From Elusimicrobiota bacterium (GTDB taxonomy: Bacteria; Elusimicrobiota; Elusimicrobia; UBA1565; JACRDR01), in assembly GCA_016207565.1 (NCBI GenBank), contig JACQPK010000267.1, forward strand, positions 1-58,428: 58,428 nucleotides of DNA, given 5' to 3'. This document shows positions 52,436 through 58,428 of this stretch, one piece after another (the first letter of the stretch is position 1; every line of letters begins with the position of its first letter). The notes below the pieces were generated by a model that saw only the letters and a list, made by a program, of their open reading frames with translations, was not told where the DNA came from and searched no databases. The position numbers and the translations under genes are program-made.

Positions 52436-53596
52436 GTGCCCTGGATCGGCTCCGCGGCGTGGGACCTCGGCTGGATCCAGTGCGGGTTATGGCTCTCCGC
52501 CGGGCACGCGGCCCTGCTGCTCGCCCCGACGGCCTTCGCCCCGGCGTACGCGTTGGCCTTCCTCCTATTCTGGATGTCCCACCGCGCGGGGACGATCCTG
52601 CTCTCCTTCGGGCTGCGCGAGTACCGCGCGCTCGCGGCGGCGCAGCCGGGCCGGTTCTACCTCGCGCCCGCGGCTTGGTTCGCGTTCGCGTCCGCGGTGC
52701 TCTTCGCGCCGGCCTGGATCACCGCCGAGCCCCTCGAGCGCCGGCTGCTCCTGCTCTTGATCATCCGCTTCGGGTATAACGCGCTCCACTTCGCCGGGCA
52801 GCACTACGGCGTGCTCAGCCTCTACCGGCTCCGCGCGCGGCAAGACCCCAGGTCCGCCGCCAAGGGCGTCGACAAGGCGTTCTGCTTCGCCGCCGCCGGC
52901 GCGTCGATGCTCCTGCCGTTCATGCTCGACGCCGCCGCGCGCATGTCGGCGCCGGCCAACGCATTGTCGGGCGTCCGAGGCGCCGCGGCCGCCGCGCTCC
53001 TCACGCTGGCCGCCTGGGTGGCCGTCAACGAGCGCGCCGAAGGCCGGCCCTCTTGGCCGAAGCTGCTGTACGTGCTCACGCTGGCCGCCGTCAGCGCCTT
53101 CGCGCTGCTCGGCCCGCATCCGGAGCGCACCGCGCTACTCATCGCCGTGCAGCACTACGTCGTCGCGACCGGGCTCTGCACCCGGATGGTCGTTCACTCG
53201 ACCGACGGGCTCGGGCGGCGGGCCTGGACCCCGGCGACCGCCTTCGCCGCCCTGTTCGCGATCGGCCTCGTGCCGGTCCTGCTGGGCTATCGCAGCGCCC
53301 ACATCGACACGGTCGACTGGCTCTTCGCCTCGTGGTGGGACAACGACGAGCTCGGCCTGGCCTTCCGGCTGTCGGCCGCGCTGGTCTACGGCCTGAGCTT
53401 CGCCCACAACGCGTGGGACGCGGCGGTGTTCCGTTTTCGCGACCCGGCGGTGCGCGCCGTGTCCGTCCCGCTGCTACTGGGCCCCGACGGACCGCGCGAG
53501 CCTGCGCTCACCGGCGGCGGGCGGCTTGCGGGCCCCGTTGAGGCTCTCGAGATCGCGCGCCTCGCCGACGGCGATCGCGACCATCGCCTCGGGTGA
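52436..53596 (+). CDS. Polytopic membrane protein, hypothetical
   Basis: 386 aa, about 9-10 hydrophobic segments, GTG start. The 3' end overlaps the convergent M16 gene by 123 nt. Confidence 0.55.
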   Translation: MPWIGSAAWDLGWIQCGLWLSAGHAALLLAPTAFAPAYALAFLLFWMSHRAGTILLSFGLREYRALAAAQPGRFYLAPAAWFAFASAVLFAPAWITAEPLERRLLLLLIIRFGYNALHFAGQHYGVLSLYRLRARQDPRSAAKGVDKAFCFAAAGASMLLPFMLDAAARMSAPANALSGVRGAAAAALLTLAAWVAVNERAEGRPSWPKLLYVLTLAAVSAFALLGPHPERTALLIAVQHYVVATGLCTRMVVHSTDGLGRRAWTPATAFAALFAIGLVPVLLGYRSAHIDTVDWLFASWWDNDELGLAFRLSAALVYGLSFAHNAWDAAVFRFRDPAVRAVSVPLLLGPDGPREPALTGGGRLAGPVEALEIARLADGDRDHRLG

Positions 53597-56167
53597 GAAG
53601 ACGCGGCGAGCCACGCGGCGGACGTCCTCGGCGGTGACCGCCTCCAAGCGCTTCACATAGCGCGCGAGCTCGCGCTCGGGGGGCAGCCCGTCCACCTCGA
53701 GCTTCCAGAGCATCCCGGCGAGCCCTTCGAGCGAGGCCAGGCGGATCGCGAACACGCCCGCGAGGTGCCGCTTCGCCGCGTCGAGCTCGGAGGCGGGCAC
53801 GAGCCGCTCGCGGATGCGGTCGACCTCGCCGCGCATCTCGCCGAGCGCGGCGGCGGCCACCTCGCCTCGCGTCTCCGCGCTGGCCACCCAGGTCGCGCAC
53901 CGGCTCAGAGTCGCGGCGCGCGCGTAGGAGCCGTAGGTGTAGCCCTTGTCGATCCGCAGGTTCAAGAATAGCCGCGAGGTCGAGCTGCCGCCGAGGATGT
54001 GGTTCATGACCACGAACGCCGGATAGTCCTCGTCCATGGAGGTCACGGGCAAAGCTTGCGCGAGGCTCAGGTTCACCTGCCGCGAGCCGCTCCGGGCCAA
54101 GAGCCGCGGCGCTCCGGCGGCCGCGGCCGGGACCGGCGGAGGGAGCGGCGGAGGGACGCTCTCGGGCCAGTCCCCGAGGCAGCGATCGAGGAGGCGGCGC
54201 GCCGTCTCCGGCGCGAGGTCGCCCACCAACACCAGCGTTGCGCCTCCGGGCCTGAACGCGCGGCGGTGGTACGCCCGCAGGCTCGCCCCCTGGATGGCCG
54301 AGAGCTCGGCGTCCGACGGGAACGGCCGTCCGTACGGGTGGTCCCCGTAGAGCGCCTTCTTCATGGCCTCCCCCGTGAGGAAGTCGGGGTCGAGGCGGAC
54401 CTGGCGCATGCGCTCGAGCGTCTGCTCGCGCCAGAGGGCGACCTCGCGCTCGGGGTAGGAGGCCTCGGTCAGCAGGCGGTTCAGCAAGCGGAGGAACGGC
54501 TCGGCGGAACGGGCCAGCCCGGAGGCCGACAGCACCGCGAGCTCTCTACGGCTCTCGACGCCGACGGAGAACCCCATGCGGGCGAAGGCGCGGGCGATCG
54601 AGGCGGCGTCCAGCCCCGCCACCCCTTTGAACAAGAGCGAGGCCGCGCCCTCGGAGACCCCGGAGTCCCGCGGCCCTTCGGCGAGCTTTCCCGCCGGCAT
54701 CGACAGCCGGAGCTCGAGGAGCGGCAGCTTCGCGTCGCGAACGAACAGCACCGACAGCCCGTTGCGGAGCCGGAACCGGTGTATCTTGGGCGAGCGCGGG
54801 GGCTTCGCCGGGCCGACCGGCGGAGGGGCCTCGCCCCGCGCCCGGGGCGCGGCCTCGGGGATCGGCGGCGTCGGCGGCTCCTCTTCGGGAGCCGAAGGCT
54901 TCACCGGCCGGACGGCGACGATCCCGCGGCCCGGCACCGGCAGCCAGCGGCGCATGGCGGCCGCGACCTCCGGCCGCCGGATCGACGCGAGCGCCTGGAG
55001 GTCGAACGCCAAGCGGCGCGGGTCGCCGATCAGCGCGGCGTAGGAGCTGAGCGTCCGCGCGCGCTCGAGCTGGAACTGAAGGCCGTGCAGCCACTGGAAC
55101 TCGAGCTGGGTCTTCGCGCGCTCCACCTCCGACTCGGAAGGGCCGCGGGCCGAGAGCCGCTTGATGAAGCCGTCGAGGCGCTTCAAGGCCGCGTCGGCCG
55201 AGGCGCCGTCGCGCAGCAAGGCGTCGATGCCGAAGGCGTCCGGGCCGCGCGCGTTCGTGTGGTGCGTCCACCACGGGATGGCCGCGCTCGTCGACAAGGC
55301 GAGCTTCGCCTCGCGCACGAGGTCGCAATACAGCGGGCTCTCCTCGCCGCCCGCGAGGAGCTCGGCCAGGATCGTCAGCGCCCAGAAGTCGCGCGAGCCG
55401 CGGTCGGGGGCGCGCCACGCCACCATCAGCCGCGGCAGCTTCGCGAGCGGGTCGGGGAAGTCCATGCGGCGGTCGCGCGTGAGCGGCGGCTCCGTGAGAT
55501 CCCGCGACGGCTCGACGGGTCTAAACGGGACGCGGCCGAAGTACTTGCGCATGAGCCTGCGCGTCTGGTGGGCGCCGATGTCCCCGGCGAGCGCGACCAC
55601 CGCGTTGTTGGGCGCGTAGTGCGCCTGGTAAAAAGCGCGCACGTCGTCGAGACGCGCGTCGCGGATATCGGCGGCGTCGCCGATCGTCGCGTGCCGGTTC
55701 TCCCAGAGGTCGAATACCGCCTCGCCCATCCCCTCCGTCTGCGCGCGGCGGTAGGGCTGGTTCAGGTACGAGCGCCGCATCTCCTCGAGGACGACCTGCT
55801 TCTCGAGCGCGAGCGCCCGCTCGTCGACGTGCAGCGTGTGCATGCGGTCGGCCTCGGCCCACAAGACGAGCTCCAGCGCCGCGGTCGGCACGACCGAGTG
55901 GTAGGTCGTGTTCGTCTTCATCGTGTAGGCGTTGCGGACGCCGCCGTTGCCTTCGATGAGCGCGGAGATCTCGCGCGGCCTCAGGTTGCGGGTCCCCTGG
56001 GCCATGAGATGCTCGAAGAGGTGCGCGAAGCCCGCCTTGCCGGACCGCTCGTCCCTGGAGCCGACGCGGTAGGTGACCGAGACCGCGACCGTGGGGCTCG
56101 ACCGGTCGGTCGCGACGACCACGCGCAGCCCGTTGGGCAGGACGAACGACGTGAGGGGCAGTCTCAT
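53474..56167 (-). CDS. Tandem M16 (pitrilysin/insulinase) family zinc peptidase (active N-terminal unit + inactive second unit)
   Basis: HLFEHLM (HxxEH) occurs in the first unit. The second M16-like unit (RFRLRNGLSVLFV...) lacks the motif. Start taken at MRLPLTSFVLPNGLRVV. Confidence 0.88.
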   Translation of the reverse strand: MRLPLTSFVLPNGLRVVVATDRSSPTVAVSVTYRVGSRDERSGKAGFAHLFEHLMAQGTRNLRPREISALIEGNGGVRNAYTMKTNTTYHSVVPTAALELVLWAEADRMHTLHVDERALALEKQVVLEEMRRSYLNQPYRRAQTEGMGEAVFDLWENRHATIGDAADIRDARLDDVRAFYQAHYAPNNAVVALAGDIGAHQTRRLMRKYFGRVPFRPVEPSRDLTEPPLTRDRRMDFPDPLAKLPRLMVAWRAPDRGSRDFWALTILAELLAGGEESPLYCDLVREAKLALSTSAAIPWWTHHTNARGPDAFGIDALLRDGASADAALKRLDGFIKRLSARGPSESEVERAKTQLEFQWLHGLQFQLERARTLSSYAALIGDPRRLAFDLQALASIRRPEVAAAMRRWLPVPGRGIVAVRPVKPSAPEEEPPTPPIPEAAPRARGEAPPPVGPAKPPRSPKIHRFRLRNGLSVLFVRDAKLPLLELRLSMPAGKLAEGPRDSGVSEGAASLLFKGVAGLDAASIARAFARMGFSVGVESRRELAVLSASGLARSAEPFLRLLNRLLTEASYPEREVALWREQTLERMRQVRLDPDFLTGEAMKKALYGDHPYGRPFPSDAELSAIQGASLRAYHRRAFRPGGATLVLVGDLAPETARRLLDRCLGDWPESVPPPLPPPVPAAAAGAPRLLARSGSRQVNLSLAQALPVTSMDEDYPAFVVMNHILGGSSTSRLFLNLRIDKGYTYGSYARAATLSRCATWVASAETRGEVAAAALGEMRGEVDRIRERLVPASELDAAKRHLAGVFAIRLASLEGLAGMLWKLEVDGLPPERELARYVKRLEAVTAEDVRRVARRVFSPEAMVAIAVGEARDLESLNGARKPPAAGERRLARSVGAQ

Positions 56168-56263
56168 GGCGAGTGGCCAGTATAGACCTTCACATCGCCA
56201 AGGCACAAGTTTGACGCGGGCGCCGCTCGTGGGAATGGAGGCCGGCGTTATCATATTTCCGCA

Positions 56264-56677
56264 ATGCTGGCCCCCGCGGTCCTGATGCTCTTGGCCCTCG
56301 ACCCCGTCTGGGCGTCCCGTCCGGAGCCCCTGCTCGAGGGGACCGCGTGGAAGCTCCTCGTCGAACGCGACGCCGTTCCCGAAGGCCTCTGGACTACCGA
56401 TCTGCTCGTCTTCGGCCGCAAGCGTTTCGCGGCGCTGGAATACCTCACCGCCGGCTTCTCGCCTAGCGTGTACCGCGTCGAGCGCGAAGGCGACGCCGTG
56501 CGCTGGTCCGCGGAACTCCAAGCGCCGAGCGGCCACCTCGTCCACTTCGACGGGGTCCGCCGGGGCCGCCGGATGACCGGCAACCTCCGGTGGCTGGATC
56601 CCGAGGGAGCCAGCGTCGAGCTGCCGTGGAAGGCGATCATCCGCCCTCCACCCAACCACCTTCCCTCGGGTCTCTGA
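56264..56677 (+). CDS. Small secreted hypothetical protein
   Basis: 137 aa with signal peptide MLAPAVLMLLALDPVWA. TATCAT/CATATT lies just upstream of the start. Confidence 0.5.
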   Translation: MLAPAVLMLLALDPVWASRPEPLLEGTAWKLLVERDAVPEGLWTTDLLVFGRKRFAALEYLTAGFSPSVYRVEREGDAVRWSAELQAPSGHLVHFDGVRRGRRMTGNLRWLDPEGASVELPWKAIIRPPPNHLPSGL

Positions 56678-56697
56678 AGGGCATATAATGGGGCCCC

Positions 56698-58191
56698 ATG
56701 AAACACGCCCGCAACGGCGCCGCGCGCGTCGCCCAGGTCGCGGCCCCTAGATCGGCGGGTCCGCTCCGCGAGACCTACACCTTCTCCGACGTCCTCCTCG
56801 TCCCCCAGCGGTCCCCGATCGTTTCGCGCAAGGACGTCGACACGACGGGACGGTTCTCGCGGCGGATCTCGCTCCACCTCCCGATCGTCTCCGCGAACAT
56901 GGACACGGTCACCGAGGCGGAGATGGCGATCGCGATGGCCCGCTTCGGCGGCCTGGGCATCATCCACCGTTTCCTGACGATCGAGGAGGAGTGCGCCGAG
57001 GTCGCGAAGGTGAAGCGCGCCGAAGGCATCGTCATCGAGCGACCGTATACGCTCTCGCCCACGGACACGGTCGCCGGCGCGCGAGAACTCATGCGCCGCT
57101 GGGAGGTGGGCGGCCTCCTCGTCGTCGACGCGAAGAAGAAGCTCGTCGGCATCGTCACGACCCGCGATCTCAAGTTCCTGCCGAGGGGCTCCGACGGCGA
57201 GTCCGTCACGAAGGTCATGACCGACAAGGTCGTCACGGTCAAACCCGGGGCGAGCCTCGCCGAGTGCGAGAGGATCCTTTCGGCCGCGAAAGTGGAGAAG
57301 CTGCCGGTCGTCGACGCCTCGGGCCAGGTCCAGGGCCTCATCACCGCCAAGGACCTGATGAAGAAGCGCCGCCACCCCGTCGCCTCGCTCGACAAGAAGG
57401 GCCGGCTGCTCGTCGGCGCCGCCATCGGGGTGGTGGGCGATTACCTCGAGAGGACGGCGGCGCTCCTGGAGTCGGGCGCGGATGTGCTCGTCCTCGACGT
57501 GGCCCACGGCCATGCCGACCACGTGATCGCGGCCGTCGAGAGGATCAAGGCGAAGTGGCCCAAGACCGAGCTGGTCGCGGGCAACGTCGCCACGTGGGAA
57601 GGGGCGCGCGATCTCGCCTCGGCCGGCGCCGACGGCGTGAAGATCGGCGTCGGGCCCGGCGCGACGTGCTCGACGCGCATCGTGACCGGCTCGGGCGTGC
57701 CTCAGCTCTCCGCCGTGCTCGAGTGCGCCCGGATCACGCGCGAGCGCGATATCCCGATCACGGCCGACGGCGGCATCCGCGACTCCGGCGACATCGTGAA
57801 GGCGCTCGCCGGCGGCGCCTCGTGCGTGATGGTCGGCAGCCTCCTCGCCGGCTCCGACGAGAGCCCGGGCTGGACCGTCGTCCGCAAAGGCATGAAGTAC
57901 AAGGCCTACCGCGGCATGGCGTCCTTGGCCGCGACCGTCACCCGCCGGCAGAAGGAAGGCGCCGCGGAGTTCGAGGCCGAGCAGCTCTCGGAGATCGTCC
58001 CCGAGGGCGTCGAGGCGCTCGTCCCCTACCGCGGCAAGGCGGCCGAGGTCCTCAAGCAGCTCGACGGCGGCCTCCGATCCGGCATGAGCTACTCCGGCGC
58101 GCCCGACCTTCGCGCGCTCTGGCGCAACGCCGAGTTCGTCCGCATCACGCCCGCGGGCTGGGCCGAGTCCAAGCCCCACGCCGTCGAATGA
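56698..58191 (+). CDS. guaB: IMP dehydrogenase
   Basis: FSDVLLVPQ, tandem CBS region, catalytic loop [11 protein letters not shown], and [17 protein letters not shown]. Confidence 0.92.
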   Translation: MKHARNGAARVAQVAAPRSAGPLRETYTFSDVLLVPQRSPIVSRKDVDTTGRFSRRISLHLPIVSANMDTVTEAEMAIAMARFGGLGIIHRFLTIEEECAEVAKVKRAEGIVIERPYTLSPTDTVAGARELMRRWEVGGLLVVDAKKKLVGIVTTRDLKFLPRGSDGESVTKVMTDKVVTVKPGASLAECERILSAAKVEKLPVVDASGQVQGLITAKDLMKKRRHPVASLDKKGRLLVGAAIGVVGDYLERTAALLESGADVLVLDVAHGHADHVIAAVERIKAKWPKTELVAGNVATWEGARDLASAGADGVKIGVGPGATCSTRIVTGSGVPQLSAVLECARITRERDIPITADGGIRDSGDIVKALAGGASCVMVGSLLAGSDESPGWTVVRKGMKYKAYRGMASLAATVTRRQKEGAAEFEAEQLSEIVPEGVEALVPYRGKAAEVLKQLDGGLRSGMSYSGAPDLRALWRNAEFVRITPAGWAESKPHAVE

Positions 58192-58428
58192 GCGCGGCCG
58201 CGCTGCCGTGGCTCCTCGCCGGAGCCGCGCTCGCGCAGCCCGTCGCCGACAGCACCGCCCCCGCCGTCGCCGTCTCGACGACCGCCCCGGGCGCGCTGCC
58301 GGGCTATGAGGCCGCCGCCTCGACGGCATCCGTGCGCCTCTCGACCGAGGCCGTCCCCGCCGCGCTGCCGCTCCCGGTCACGCCGCCGGCCGCGCCGCCC
58401 CCGCCGCCGGTCGCCGCTCCGCCCCCGC
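58188..58428 (+). CDS. 5' part of a secreted Ala/Pro-rich protein, cut by the window edge
   Basis: ATGA overlap with the guaB stop. Signal-like [18 protein letters not shown]. The frame stays open to the window end. Confidence 0.4.
   Translation, partial: MSAAALPWLLAGAALAQPVADSTAPAVAVSTTAPGALPGYEAAASTASVRLSTEAVPAALPLPVTPPAAPPPPPVAAPPP

Overview
This is a strongly GC-rich bacterial chromosomal window; both strands are full of long Arg/Ala/Gly/Pro-rich spurious ORFs. I support about 55 coding regions, one tRNA-Ser(UGA), one clear bidirectional terminator and several repeat and regulatory elements.

Housekeeping genes include argS, guaB, hemB, hemL, rsfS, a fused nadD-yqeK, pilT, rnhA, an addA/addB-like pair and mazG. 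They are interleaved with many signal-peptide or membrane-anchored, low-complexity, Cys-rich hypothetical proteins. Proteases are frequent: TldD, an HtrA-like protease, a papain-like C1 peptidase, a tandem M16 peptidase, a C45 family protein and a PfpI family protein. Two-component genes are scattered: two intact sensor kinases, one OmpR-type regulator, one kinase relic and one regulator fragment.

The region most worth a second look is about 24.7-39.5 kb. It holds secreted or surface proteins built from a shared N-terminal module joined to unrelated Cys-rich C-terminal domains, plus a papain-like protease. These units are preceded by colinear copies of a ~110-nt upstream module. The module has a non-canonical TGGAG -35 box and a TAnnnT -10 box placed 6 nt before the start codon in copies B and C.

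Other observations:
- A C-x8-C-x6-C-x5-C motif occurs in three membrane-anchored proteins, each the first gene of an operon.
- A 31-nt palindromic element occurs three times, with a compensatory stem change; one copy lies inside addA.
- A 127-nt inverted repeat lies between the addB-like and addA-like genes.
- Leaderless-type promoter geometry is widespread.
- There are two domain fusions or permutations (NadD-YqeK, and RNase HI with a C-terminal hybrid-binding domain).

All calls come from reading the sequence and the ORF track by eye. No database search was run, so family names are recognitions from motifs.
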